Shown here: positions 1 through 13,300 of the stretch, piece by piece
Layout of the letters: every line of letters begins with the position of its first letter
Numbering within the stretch: the stretch's first letter is position 1
NCBI GenBank assembly: GCA_000320545.1
Contig: ADNK01003113.1
Coordinates: forward strand, 1-51,212
DNA length: 51,212 nucleotides
Source: Bigelowiella natans CCMP2755
Lineage: Eukaryota; Protista; Cercozoa
Direction: 5' to 3'
Position numbers and translations under genes: made by a program
Notes under the pieces: generated by a model
Database searches by the model: none
What the model was told of the DNA's origin: nothing
The model's input: only the letters and a program-made list of their open reading frames with translations

Positions 1-635
1 ATGATAATGCAATAGTGGGCGGTGGTGAAACATGAGAATATGTCCATTAAGTTTGACAGCAAGAAGTAATGTGCATACCTGATGTGCCTTGCCCCCCCTC
101 CCCCTGCTTTCCACTCCTTTGAATCAGCTTGGGGAAGTGTCTTACAATCCATCGAAGAGCATAGTCAACGACTCCTACTCGATACGCATGAGCAGCTTGG
201 AGGGCGGGGGTGAGGGAGGCATGGCTGCCCTAGGCTCCCCGTCGCAGGAGGAGGTAAAGAATAAGGCAACGGCAGCAATTCATATGATGATGAGTTGTTG
301 GTATGCTGCACGGAGTATGCTCTTTCATGCAATTTCGCCCTCTGTATTCTTCTTCTTTGCCTATCTCTCCAGTGGACCTTTTATTTTCTCTATTTCTTCG
401 GGTGCTGTCACCTCGCTCGTAGCGGAGCCGGCGGCGCTCATTACGTGGCATTTGCGTGTTTTCACGCCATTGTACTTCCCACTGATTGATCGCTGCTCGC
501 ACTGACCTCAACCACCCCCCCCCCAAACCCCCTTTTCTCAAATTGCTAGGTTGGAGCATGTCGAGTCAATGTGGAAAGACCTGCGGAGGACAGGGCTGAA
601 CCTTGTTAAAACGAGCGTCGAGTTCGGTGCGTTTG

Positions 636-671
<36 letters not shown>

Positions 672-887
672 TGATGATGCAGCGTGCAGCTTTGAAAAGT
701 AAAGACACCTGTGTTCTCATCCGTTTTGCCTCCTCTTCTTCTGCGGTCAGATTTTGACGTGCTCGGCACCGTGTCGTTGCCGCTCCGCGCCTCTCTTGCA
801 CGGCCAGAAATCCTTGTTGATACATCTCTCGATTTCCTCTCGGTGCAGGTTCGTGTGAAGCAAATACTATAATAATTTATATTGATT

Positions 888-930
<43 letters not shown>

Positions 931-2925
931 CATATGTATACATTAAAAAATGTGTAAATATTTTGAGGACATTACTCTGACTGTCGTTTGTTTTGCGGCG
1001 CTGTTGTAATAAATGATAACACAGGTAAACACGACTAGAACATTATACTTCCGTGTGCGAAACCCTTCTAGATCTGCGGTTGCCATCTACCTGTGCCCAA
1101 CAATAAAGCCTAGCAGCAGCAGCAGCAGTGAGGGAGGGAGGGGGGGGGGCAGAGAGCAAGCCCTTCACCTTCACAATCGAGCCCTCCCCCCTCCTCCTCC
1201 TCCTCCTCTGCCACCACAACTGTGCTGCTGCAGCCGGGGGAGGAAAGAGAAATCGGCCCTGTTCAGTATCACCCGAGGGTAGCCGGCCTCACAGAAAGGG
1301 CATTCCTCTACATGCGGAACAACCTCACCGGCCTGTCGCGCATCCAGCTCAAGGCCTCTAGCACTGACCAAACCTTGTTTTTCGATATGGTCCCGGAGGA
1401 GGAGGAGGAGCAGGAGGGCGACGATGCCAGCAGCAGCAGCAGCAGCAGCGGCGTGGGTGGGGTGATGATGATGGGCGGTTCGGTGCCAGGAGAGGAGGGG
1501 GGAGGGGTGGCAATCTCTGGTGCGAGTAGCCTCGCATCATCATCATCATCATCATCATCATCGAGCAGCTTGCAGCAGCGGCAGCGGAAGCAGCAGTCAG
1601 TCGAGTACGATGGATACACATACCATCTAATGCCCCTCCCCGCCTCCGCCAGCTCCTCCTCCTCCTCCTCCACCACCTCCTCCTCCCCCCGAGGGAGCCC
1701 CAACACTCACTACTGGCGTCTCTCGATGTACAACGGCGGGGACCAGGAAGTCATCGTCACCGGGCTCAGTGTAGGAAACGCCTCTTGCGAGCACAGCAGC
1801 AGCGGCGGCGGCAGCGATGATAAAACGGATAGCGGCAGCGGTGCTGGTAGTAGTAGCATTAGCACCAGCAGCGTCTCCTCTTCTTCGCTCATCAAAAACT
1901 GCAACCTGCTCCCGCTGCACCTCGGCCCGGGGAATTCGGCCTCGTTCAGAGTCTCGACGTCGATAAACAATGAAGGGGCGGGGGGAGGGGGGGGACAGGG
2001 GTTTGGATCATCATCCAACAGCTCGTCGTTGTGGAGGAGGCGATCCGAGCAGAGGCAGCAGCAGCGAGCAAGCTGGGAACTCATTGCTTTTCCCCGTGGC
2101 GGAGCATTACTTCCTCGTCAGCACCCAGCACCGGAGATCACCGGCTGCTGCTCACCGTACCCGCGACAACCTCAGGGCTGCTCACACGCCTGGCCAACGC
2201 ACTGCTCATCAGCGGCGGCCTCTTAGAAGAGGGGGGCGACGGACACGAAGTTTCCCCGTGGGGAACGGTGTACTTCACCTGCGCACTCGTCCTGACCGTC
2301 GCCGCCGTTGGGGTCACGGCGAGGCTCTTCCAGAAGCCTCGGTCTGGTGGCCTCCTCGTCACGAAGGGGGGGGCAAAGAAGGGGAAGGAAGGAGTGGCTG
2401 AGGAGGAGGAGAAGGAGGAAGAGCTGCCCTCGGAACTGGGGCGTTCTCTCAGCAAAGACCCCCGTCAGAGACCACGTGCTGACAACGGTAGCAGTAATAA
2501 TATTGACAACAATGGTAGCAGTGCGAAGGATGGTGGTGAGGGTGGGGGGCAGCTACAACCGCAGTCCCTCCCTAGGCACAAAACCGCCAAGGGGGGGGGG
2601 AGAGATTCGGCGAAATCCAGTGGCAGCAGCAAGCGCAAGAGCGACAGGGCCCGGAAGAAGCAGAGTAGTGCAAGTGCCAACGACAACAGAGACCCCCCCC
2701 CCAATAGCAGCGTGCACAATGGGAAGGGAGCCACGACGACTACCGGAAAGGAGGAGGAGGAGGAGAGGAAGCAGCAGCAGAGCGAAAACAGCATTCACAG
2801 CAGCGTCCAGAGCACCCCCCCCTCCTCGTCCTCCTCACGACGAAGCCGCCGAAAGAAGTCGAGGGACAAGCGCAAGGAATTGGAGCAGAGGGCTGGGGAC
2901 CAACTCAGTAGTAGGGCAGTAGTAT

Positions 2926-2959
<34 letters not shown>

Positions 2960-4052
2960 CGCTACTGCAGTAGGAAAGGGGGGCGGCAGCAGCAATGTAT
3001 CTGGCAAAGTCCCTGCTAATCAGCGCCATTCTGCAGCTAGACCCCTACCACCACAACCGACTCAAACCGGCCACGCGCGGGTGGGCACGCACGACAACTC
3101 TCCTGCAAAGAAGCTTTCTTCTTCCTCCTCCTCTTCTTCGCACAGCACTACTACTGGTAGTAGAACTAGGCCCTCTCCGGGGACAGCGAACGGCAGGGCA
3201 GGGTCGTCCTCCTCCCGTTCCCCAGCAGTAGCAGCAGCTGCGCACCTAAGTAGCAATCCGTCAGCTCCTCGCTACAAGGCAGCGGCAGGGTCGTCACATC
3301 GGAAGGGAAGGATGGCGGCAAAGGGTTCATCCTCCTCCTCCCCCTCCTCCTCCGCCACCGCCGCCGCCGCTAATGGCAGCAGTAGCGGGAGGAGGAGGAG
3401 GAGGAGCGGTAGTACCGATGGTAGTAGCAGCAGCAGCAGTAGCAAAAACCCCTCAGGTGCCAATAGTAACAGTAGAAGAGGGGTCTCTGGTGGCGTCTCT
3501 GGCGGAAGCAGCAGCACGGATTCTCCCAGAAGGTCCTCCTCCTCCTCCTCCTCAAAGAACAGCAGTAGTGGTGGCCATGAGCGTCGAGCCAAATCCCACC
3601 ACCAAAATCGCCATCAGCAGCGTCATCAGCAGCGTCAGCACCACCAGCCCCAGGCTTTCGAAAACAGGAGCCGGCGAGGGGTGGTGGGAGGGGGCTCACA
3701 GCGCAGCCATTACCAAGAGCACAGCGTTGGTGCTGGTGCTGCTGGTGGGGGTGGAAGTTCTTCAGCGAAGTATTCAGCCCCCTCCTCCTCCTCCTCCTCC
3801 TCCTCCTCCTCCTATGCGTCGACTCGCAACCCGAACAACAACAACAACAACAACAACACCAACCGATGGGGGTTGGACAAGAAAGGCGGTACTCACCGAT
3901 TTCCCATGCAGGAAACAGCCACCGGAGGAGGCACAGCCGCAATGGCCCCGAGAGTCTCTGACGTGCATTCCCGCGGCGGCGGGCGCGTAAGATCCAACTC
4001 ATTTGAAGGCGGCTCTCCATCGTTCGGCAGTACCTTAGCTACTGCTAATCCC

Positions 4053-4088
<36 letters not shown>

Positions 4089-5287
4089 GTCGTCTATGGC
4101 CCTTCCGCGCTTGGGAAAGGCCATCCTCTGACTCGCCCACCATCGAATTACCCAGCAGCGGCGTCATCGTCCTCAAAGCAGCAGCAGCCACCGATTGGCA
4201 CTCCCCCGAGACGGAAGGCGAAAGCGCGCGGCGGTGCTCCTGAACAACAAGCCCCTTCGCCGATGCAGCTCTCTCGTCGGAGCCCGCTGGTCGGCGGTGG
4301 GACGCAAAGCGGCGGGGTTCTGCCGTCGCAGGCGAAGCAGAGCAGCCACCTCCCGAACCTTCTCGGCAGCTCGCAGGTGCCCTCCATGGACGGGGGGGAG
4401 GGCGAGATGAACAGCGTGTCTTCCGCTGCCGTGAATGTCATCTACCAGCCGCGCCTTGGAGGGTTGGGCAGCCTGAACCTCAGCGGTCTTGCGACTCTGC
4501 AGCAGCAGCAGCAGCAACCGGGCGGTGTTGGCGGGTCGAATGCCGTCGTCTTGGGAGGGGGACCCACTGGTAGCTCTTCTGCTGGTGGTGGTGGGGGTGG
4601 GGGTGGGAGCGGGTTCCTGGAGCATCAGCAGTACTCTTCGCCGTTCCTTGGACGCGGCGCAAATGGAAAGCATGGTGCCCTCCCCCGCGACACACAGCCC
4701 CGCCACACTGGGGTGGCTTCCAGCAGCAGCCCACCCGCACCCAGATCACGGAGGATTTCAACGTTGGCGGCCACCATCGTGGAGATACCGGCAGCGGCAG
4801 TGGCAGCATCTTTGGACAGCCCCGGTGGGTGCCCCCCCCTCTTCGTCGAAGCCAACGATGGACTCTCCCATACCCAACCTGGGAGCGCCGCCCGGGTTCA
4901 GCTGCCATCCCATGCCCCCCCCCCCCCCCCCCCTCCTCCTCCTCCTCCTCGCAGAATAGCAATCCCCTCACACGGCCCCAGCAGCGGATCTGGGACCCAA
5001 AGCCGCCGATGATATGGGGGAGCAGCACTTCCGCATCAGGGCCTACTTCCGAAGTTCTCGTCGGCCAATGGGGCAGCAATCTGCCGAGGCAGCATCTTGC
5101 TGCTATAGGCGCATCTCTCGGCAGCACGGAGACTAAACACCGGAGCGTCGTTGGTAGCGCGACTGCCACGAGGGGCAGTAGCGGCAAGATGGAGGGAAAA
5201 TCAAGCCTGAACCCCGCGGATCGGCCTGCGTTCTTCGACTTTCTAGATAGCAATGAGAAGTTGGGCGATGATGCGAACGATACTTGA
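1..5287 (+). CDS. TMEM131-like protein, C-terminal part (5' end outside window): Ig-like/ASH-type segments, one TM helix, long Ser/Gly/Gln low-complexity tail
   Basis: Segments resembling TMEM131: 'VNTTRTLYFRVRNPSRSAVAIYL' (1013 ORF), 'LLQPGEEREIGPVQYHP...AFLYMRNNLTGLSRIQL' (1222 ORF), 'LSMYNGGDQEVIVTGLSVGNASC', 'LPLHLGPGNSASFRVS', and TM 'WGTVYFTCALVLTVAAVGVTARLF'. The frame changes near G/C runs (~1140, ~1190, ~4915) and near ~2095. Stop taken from ORF 4829-5287. Confidence 0.6.
638..668. repeat. Intact intronic (TA)n microsatellite (also ~895, 8939, 14025, 14408, 15225, 22815, 31263, 37746, 48898)
   Basis: Long TATATA runs inside introns of apparently intact genes. Confidence 0.95.
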
Positions 5288-5448
5288 ATTGTTGTTGGGG
5301 TTATACCGTGAAGTGTAATAACACAGAATAGCGTACATGCCCAGAATTTACAAGGTTCTTGGTTGCACTTACTCCGCCTAATTCATCAATTTCTCGAGAT
5401 GGGGATTTCCAGATGTGGTGCAAGCGACATCGTGGCATGACGTACATC

Positions 5449-5932
5449 TCTAGTTGCTACATGCAGATAGCACAGCATCGATTGATGCGCGCTACGACTT
5501 GTACGACATTGTTACACATGTATCGCGCGTGATGTGCCTGCGCAGACATTTGCATTGCAAATCTAGACACAACATTCTAGCATTGTTGAAATTGCGAGCG
5601 ATGTCAATGAACATACTCATGCTAGAATGCATTTATCACAGTTTAGTACACATGCTAGCATGCAATGATGCTAGAATGTACGGCGTCTGTGCATTGCTAG
5701 CAAGACAAGATGTATGTAGATGCATTTGTAGCATTGCAAGCGGATTGGCATCGTATCGCATAACCTAGCTAGCTAGGTAACACTAGAACATGCTAGCATG
5801 TATACATGCATACTAGCATACGCGCCGTGCATCCGCGTTGGCATGCATGTCTAGCTAGCTAGATAGGTACGTAACGCCTTAAAGCGCATACTGTGTTTTT
5901 AGATTATTTCACCGCGCACAACAGGCATCTAG
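5449..5932. other. CTAG/CATG/TGCA-rich spacer between convergent gene ends
   Basis: About 17 CTAG in ~490 bp by manual count, including CTAGCTAGCTAG at ~5765 and ~5851. Confidence 0.8.
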
Positions 5933-6010
5933 TAGGCGGCTTGCACATCTTTCAATTTTGCCTTTGATTTTTATTTACATGATTTTTAGGGTGCATGCAT
6001 TCGTTCAATT

Positions 6011-7682
6011 CTACTGGCCTATTTCAGCTTGTCTTGGTACCAACGAAAGCATTTTTTGGTATGTTATCATCTTTACGCTCGCTCTACCTTCGGAATAGTG
6101 GCTTTATAGGGGGCAGCTTTTTCCCTTTCAACGAAGATTTATCAGATTTTGTCCACGGCCTGCGTTGACTGAGAAAAAGAATCATATTTTTAGCCTGGGT
6201 TGCATCGTCATGGCTTTTGCCATTATTCCTTTTTGTGAGTCCGTGCTCAGAAAAGAGTATCACGGGTAAAGTGCTGCCAGGATTTAGAACATGCGCGGAG
6301 ACTTAGAATACCTTGGGTCCAGTGCCTCCTCGTAATACGATCCGCCCTATTGCGTGCAAGATGGTTGGTCAAAAATACCCCCATATACATGAAAATAATT
6401 CTGGCTACGCCTTCTCATTAGTGTTACCCCCGCTTCTCCGAACATTGCGCAAAATGGACAGTTCTCGATTTGGCATTTCATGTTTGCGCTGAAAATTTAA
6501 AAAAAAAATGCAAATCAGTAATGCAAATTATGGACAGCTAATAGATGACGACAGGACAGAGAGAGAAGGAAGCAGATGGGAAGGGTCTGTCTCGATTTGA
6601 TTGTTTTGCTCCCGTTGAGTTTGCTGACTCTACAGAGTCTTACGACCGGGATTGCAAAAATATGCTTCATAAAGTTTAGAAAAGACGCTTCTTTTATCGC
6701 ATTCATTGATAATAACACGAGAGGGCTCAACACGCCACCTCTTGTGGTGACCAAGAGTCGGGCAAGTGAAGTAATCTCCAACATCATCCTGTTTGAGATC
6801 GAAAAGATCGGGGGGGGGGGCAGAGGGGAATAGGAGGTATGTGTTTGCGGGGTACGCACGGCAGTGGGGGAGCGTTGTCATGGCCAAGAAAAGGGCATGT
6901 GAAGGAGACTCCGGCGTTCAGATCATCGGAATCCTGCACATCACGAGCTTTCATGCAAAACACGTGTGCGAATGGGTACCATATGTCATACTACCCCAAA
7001 ACCTTTATGTGATGTGAAAATCTTCTTTTTGATGTGGTCGTTATTTGCCACTGCAGGATGAGGCAGCAGCTGATTGTACCGTCACAGATTCTCCGGACTC
7101 TTCGCGCTCTAATACTCGCTGCAGCAACTCTTGGTATCTGAAATGAAAATACTTCAACAAAAACGCGGCGCTTGGAGACATGAATATGTTGTGCTTACGC
7201 TTTAGAAATCCTGGTGAACGCCTCCTTCGCATCAGGGTTATGGTTATTTATGTCCTGAATGCACACTAGAGAATGAGAACTGTGTGACTGGCAGCAAATC
7301 CGACTAGGGGCTCACCGGATGGCAGGCTTTGGCTTTCAAGAAGTAAGCGTTCCGTAATTCATCCTAACATATAAACAAGTATTCCGTTGGTTTGACTTGC
7401 GTAAATAACCATATTTGAAAAAAAAGAGAGATCTAGTCCTACTTTCGTTGGCGTCCTCGTCTTCAAACCCAGCAGCTTGTGGGCTGGCTCTCCCTCCTCC
7501 TTTCCCGCCGAGGAACAAAACGATGCTGACCCCAGAGGGTTTTCGCTGCGACGGAGAGCACGCGTCCTCATACCCGCAGGAATAAAATTGTGTGAGCATC
7601 GATGAACTATCCGGGAAACCTTTGCCACAGAGCGGCTCGCAGGTGTCTGCCGGAGCAGAGCCACAAGCGGCCTGGTCGCCAT
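6011..7682 (-). CDS. DnaJ (J-domain) protein, multi-exon, possible mitochondrial presequence
   Basis: Spliced reading: MATRPLVALLRQTPASRSVAK ... AHKLLGLKTRTPTK | DELRNAYFLKAKACHP | DINNHNPDAKEAFTRISKA | YQELLQRVLE. The HPD motif is split by a GT-AG intron at ~7254-7315. The 3' end is approximate. Confidence 0.8.
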
Positions 7683-7962
7683 TTGTGGGGGCTGAGCTCT
7701 TCCAGGGTGCTACCCACGTAGTCGATGTCGCAGGTTAAAAATCTATGTAATTTTCCATTTCCTACGATATTACCCGGCGGTGCCGGTGTTCTCAAACAAA
7801 TTCGTGCCGCTTGCAGAAGTAAGGAAAACCTCAAATCCGCTGTTCGAACTTCGATGAAGGAGAATGGCCTAAAATAACCTGTAAATTTGATCAGCGTCAA
7901 TAATCTATTTATGTCGTTGCATAGTTTTTTCTGCGGCATCTGCCATTTACCCGGTCTCAACA

Positions 7963-9641
7963 ATGGAGTCTGAGGAGTCCGAAGAAGGGCTCGACCTTCA
8001 GCGCCTTCTTCACCATTATCAGCAAGAGGACGGAACAGGGAAAGATATGAAGTTTGACGAAATCGATAGCCAAATTCGGGGCAACGATGACGAAGACGAT
8101 GACGAGAAAGATAGAGAACAGGACCACAAAGAAGATGAGAATCGAGAAGAAAAAGACTTAGACATTGAGGAGCTTCCCACGCCCTTCTCCGAGGAAGAGA
8201 ATAATAGTTCTCTTAGATTCCCCCAGGAAGAAGACCCTGTTCAAATTCCATCAAATTTTTTCCCGAAAAAGAAGTTCTCTTGTGTTTCCCCAGCACCTTC
8301 GATAGAGGAAATCACGAGGAAGCTGGAGAATGTGTAGGGAAAAAACTTTGAAAAACACAAGATTTTCTTTCCGAAAAAACATAAAGAAGCTGAAGTTACA
8401 CCAATTTATCTCGAGCGTGCATTATATTATGACGTGATACATAACTGTCTTCTTCTTCTTTCAGGATGAAAATCGACGAGGATCGTGAACACGTGCAAGC
8501 AGAAATGAAGAAGGATTTTAATGAGAAAGTGAGAATTGAGAGAGATTAAGAAAATCTATGGAAGGAAAATTGGTCGACTTACGAGAGATATGTCTCTTAT
8601 TTCGCAGGTTGACGAGGCGAAGGAAAAATTGAATGGAAAAGCGTTCCAGGGATCTGAATATTTGGAGGTTGTTTCTACCTAGAAGAAGAGAGATGGGAGG
8701 CATATATATACTCGGAGCATAGGAAACGAGTTTATTTAACGATTATGGCCCACTTTCCAGTAATTGAAAAGCTGTCTTATCTCAGGGCAAGGCGCTCTCT
8801 GACTACAACGCAAGAATAGATGCCAACTACGCTGCGATCCGTAGTGAATTTGTGACCAGGGATGACATGTTCATTCCTCGAGAGAAAATAGACCTCTCTC
8901 ATGAAAACCCTGTAATTGCTACAGTGCACGCTTAGCTTTATATATACATATACATATATATATATATATAAACATTTCTGAAGACTGGTTCGTCTATGTA
9001 CTTCCATGCGTTTAGTGGGTCGATTTCTCAAGCTTCCGGGAAGTGGCCACAGATTCAACGATTGTATACGAATGGGCTAACTTTCCAGGGCCCTTGTTAT
9101 CATTCGTCACTCGGTTTCTGCCGGTGAACAGCATTGCTATCTTAATTGAACGTAAATTTACCAATACTGATTATTATGCTGCATCTATCCTCAGGTGCAA
9201 GATCAATGCAGCGCCGCTTGCGTAAACAATCACTGGAACAACACGATATTGTGGTATAAGATGGCAAAGATAAAACAATGGCCAAATCCGTTCAAAAACA
9301 TCTGCAAGGAACCCCCGCTAGGTCGAATTGATACGGGCATCAGCGACTCTAAATCTCTATCAGATATTCCACGCCTACCAGTCACCCGAATCATACCGGG
9401 TGTGACGAGTAGGACACGGAAAAGGGATGGCGGCGGGAGTTTAGTTGAGCGATTAGACAGAAGTCTCGGAATACTGTTCGGACAAGATCAACCGCTGCTG
9501 TTTCATCAAAACCAGCTAAAGGGGCTCTTTGAAGGAACCGAGCGTCAAGCGAAGTGCCCCAAGCCTTCCAAGATGATGGAAGTGGACATCGGCGCAGAGG
9601 ATGACACCAAGCTGCATTCATCTAAAAGCGAATCTCTGTAG
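7963..9641 (+). CDS. Hypothetical protein, acidic N-terminus and coiled-coil, multi-exon
   Basis: ORF 7963-8337, then GT-AG-bounded exons (MKIDEDREHVQAEMKKDFNEK; VDEAKEKLNGKAFQGSEYLE; GKALSDYNARIDANYAAI) and terminal ORF 9195-9641. No family recognised. Confidence 0.6.
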
Positions 9642-9869
9642 CTTTACCCCTCATTGAGATCGCAAGTTATTGACATAAACATAGAATCCATAACTACCAA
9701 AGTTGGAATTTTGAGTGAGCAGCATAGGCGGTAGAAATGAATTAGTGCGTACTCTGCATGTGATATAAGGATGACGAAACTGTACGTAGATTGAAAGATT
9801 GTTCGGTATCGCAAATGAAGCAAACATAGTATGCTCATACGTATCTACCAGCCATTTGCTATCAGTAAA

Positions 9870-10560
9870 TGCTAGATGCCATTGAATTGGTATGTATGCG
9901 TGCACACATCGCGCCGGCAGCTAGCAGAGTAAACTTCATTTATATCTACTATATATGTACCTGGCGGTCATTATTGCTATCGCTTTGGTCATTCTAGCAT
10001 TGCCGAATGCGACCATTGTATGTAGGCAGCGAGCCAGGTCTAGACGTACATGACTAGATGAAGCCAACAACCATCACAATCCAATCACAAGCGCAATTGC
10101 GCGTTTGCACAGGAATTGGCAGGCGGAAATTAACAGATTCAACATTAGCGCTGTATAACCGCTATGTTGCACAGCTAGACAGCCACATGTGAGGATGACC
10201 ATTGAACAAATTTAATTTGATTCATTACATCCATCTAACGCAGGCTACTGAATGATCGATGGTGCAAAGGCGATGTACTATAGCTAGCTAGAACAGCTAG
10301 CGCAATAACGCAACTAGCACCGCAGCACCGTACCGGCAGTACATATATACAATTAGGTTCTAAATCATGGTGCAGGAATCTAGTTTGCACGGTAACAACC
10401 GCATGCTGCATGCAGTTGTTTTTATATTTTGTCTTTCTACATGCGGCCCAAGAGCCTAACTAGCTAAATATGCTCTAGGCGGCTTACTGAACATCGCTGC
10501 TACATTGTCATGTGCAATGCTGCTGGCCGTGCGTGCCACGCTCTAGCATAGATTATATTC
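9870..10560. other. CTAG/CATG-rich spacer between convergent gene ends (milder TpA loss)
   Basis: Frequent CTAG, GCTAGCTAG (~10283), GTAC and CATG. Some TATA remains. Confidence 0.65.
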
Positions 10561-10832
10561 ATGCACATGACGTCACTTATATTATAGATAGAATCGAAGA
10601 GATATTGTTTCGACTACGGAGTGATAGCTTTTATTCAACTGAGAATTTTCTTCGTTGCATAGCACTACAGATATTATAGGTCTATATTTACAATAAGAGG
10701 GGCTGCATTGCATTGTAATGCTGCAAACCTAATCTTGGCACTCGTCTTAAATTCAATATGAGGGCACTTTCTTTTTTTGCATTTGGCAAAGACACAAGAT
10801 GATCTAGATGAGATGCTGATAACAGCAACGCC

Positions 10833-12693
10833 TCACGCATCCTCTTGTTTTTCATCAGTTTTCACAATGTGTGAGTCTTGTCTCAAGAGAGACAGTTTTC
10901 TGAGGCCCATTTCGTCGACTGACATAAGATGATGGCTGTGTACCGTCAAATCCTGAGGTTGTGCAACATGTATAGTAAGAGAAAATATGAGGTTGAACTG
11001 GGATGTATAAACTGTTTTTTCCCACACACCGAGTCCCGATGGCTGATGCTCATGCTTTTGCCATCTACAGCAGAATCCTGCATCAACGAAGCCGACAAAA
11101 TCATCGTCTTGGATCGATCTGAACGAGTAGAAAAAATGTCATCATTGGGATGCGAAATCGTGCATGTTGCTGCTTACCTGAAACCCAGCCCCACTCACTT
11201 ATTTTCCTTCGGAATTCCTTGAGCACAATTGGGTTGCATAAAAACAGCAAGGAATCCCAGAACCCAAGTGTTAACTGCGTCGCGGCATGCATCATTTTCA
11301 GCCAATATGGAGACTGGTGGAAAACGCCTGAAACCACCCATTTTCACACAATTATTTTTTAGCGCGTTGAATCGAGGAAAACGCATTTTGGCTGAAACAT
11401 TTACCAATGAATCTATCCACGGTTGCGAAGATAGAGCAGAAGATCAAGATGAAAGGGTATAGTTGTAAGACTTTCCAGGGACTGTCGTTTCTCCAATGGT
11501 GGTCAACATTCTCCTAACAACATAAGGTGGATTTCATCATCAATCACATAGGTCGTCGGAAGGTATCTTCTTCGACCGATCCCACACAGTCATACCCGTA
11601 GTTTCCTCATGGCTCGACTGACTTTCCAATAGTTGCACACACCTGAATAATAACCGAAAGCACAGTTTGGCAGTTTTTTCCGTCAGAAAAACCCTCCAAC
11701 ACCCCCACTCTGCAGATAAGAAAGAACTTCCAAGAATACGGAATAAATACTTACAGTAGAATATCGCTAGCCAGTTCCAGAAGTATACGGAAAACAAGCG
11801 GATGTACTCATACTCAGAGTTGGGCCCCTTTCCTTTCTGCGAACAAGTAAGTCGTCAGACTTTAAGGATTCTCTGGAATTCGAGTGATTTATATATTTCT
11901 CCCCAAGGTGAAAGGAATCCAACCTTTATCCAGCACCAACCTACTCCGCTTGACCCGTAGGCTTTGAACCTGAGTGAGAATGGGCGCGCGTAAGCATTTC
12001 TGTGCTCTGCTTCTGAGAAATCGGTTTGGGCTTACCACATCGGCATCACTGAGGGAATGATCGGTAACAACTGGCAGACAACGAACATCTTTCTTCGCAA
12101 TATCGTTGGGCTGAATCTGATGACGCCATGTAGTCAGAGTCAGATGAGTCCGGGATCACAACACATGCGTTGAAAACTTACCCATCATGACGATTTTGAG
12201 ATGTTTGCAAAGACTGGGACACGACAATGTCAATAAGGTAAGATGCCGAGCAAGACCACATGATGGAGCAGACCAAGAAGTAATTCACGCTGAAGGCCTG
12301 GAACTGGCACATCGAGCTTTCTTCACCTGCACACGCGGGGAGAGAAATGTGACTCGTTTATATTGAATTGACATTCCATGTGTGTTGAGTCTTGAGCTAC
12401 ATACCATAATTCGATGCATCCCCATACAAGAAACTGGTGTTAAACATCATATCGTTTAACACTAAAGCGAAGACAATCTGGAACGACAAAGTCCACAGCG
12501 ACCGAAAGCTCAGCTGCGTTATTATCACGATGCTGCACATGCATAAGCTCAGCGATGACAGCCCACGTGTTACATCAACCTTTGCATCGCAACAAGAACA
12601 AAGTCAACGGGTGAAGTCAGGTGAGTCTGCCAGTATCTGAAACGAAAACTGATAAGTGACCAGGTGCTGCTCCTGGGTTGTTGAGATTGGCAT
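10833..12693 (-). CDS. 7TM receptor of the cAMP-receptor (Dictyostelium CAR/Crl, plant GCR1)-like GPCR family, multi-exon
   Basis: TM1-2 'SSLSLCMCSIVIITQLSFRSLWTLSFQIVFALVLNDMMFN'; TM3 'CQFQAFSVNYFLVCSIMWSCSASY'; loop 'YGSSGVGWCWIK'; TM5 'LFSVYFWNWLAIFYC'; TM6 'KVLQLYPFILIFCSIFATV'; TM7 'WLKMMHAATQLTLGFWDSLLFLCNPIVLKEF'. The start codon is uncertain. Confidence 0.85.
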
Positions 12694-13300
12694 TGCGTCC
12701 TCAGAGGTATCAGCCTAGGCGTCGGACTTCCTCATCAAAGTGCCTCCTCCTCCTATGGCTCCGTGTGAAGTCTCTGCCCGAAACGTGGGGTTTCACTCAA
12801 TGCTGTCCTGAAGTAATATGAATCTCACAAGCTATCGGCAAAAAATACGGGTTTTTGCTCTCGCGACAAGACAAATAGAGGCCCGCAACCGACATATCCC
12901 GGTCAATTTTCGACCGCGTGCACATTCCGAACCAGAGTTGCCGACATCCCCCTTGTTGTCTCCAGACAGAATATCGCTCCGATGTTTTCGGCTCAGAAAC
13001 GAACGGCGAGAATGTGCGACACAGCGCCCCATTTTCGCATGGAAAACGAGGAAAGTGAATGGGATTTTAACCCTGCGACATAATTTACATCTTGTCGCTA
13101 TGGTGAAACGGATCGATGGATGCTCCGACGTTACAGTCAGGACATCGCCATCCATCCCTCCTCCAACACGCCTCTACCTCCCTGCCTGCAGTTCGTTGGG
13201 CAAGGACGCTTCAAAAACGAGAAGCTTCAGCTGGGTGAGCGCAAACAGATCGTCCTCGCAAACTAAGGAAGCCTTGCAGTCTCGCAGGGTGGGAAGGAAG

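Noticed and set aside
1130-4935. Apparent frameshifts in the TMEM131-like gene (possible programmed frameshifting or pseudogene)
   Set aside because: Most coincide with long G/C homopolymers or simple repeats, so assembly indel errors or unrecognised small introns are more parsimonious.
1300-5250. Many long antisense and overlapping ORFs
   Set aside because: By-products of GC-rich trinucleotide low-complexity coding sequence.
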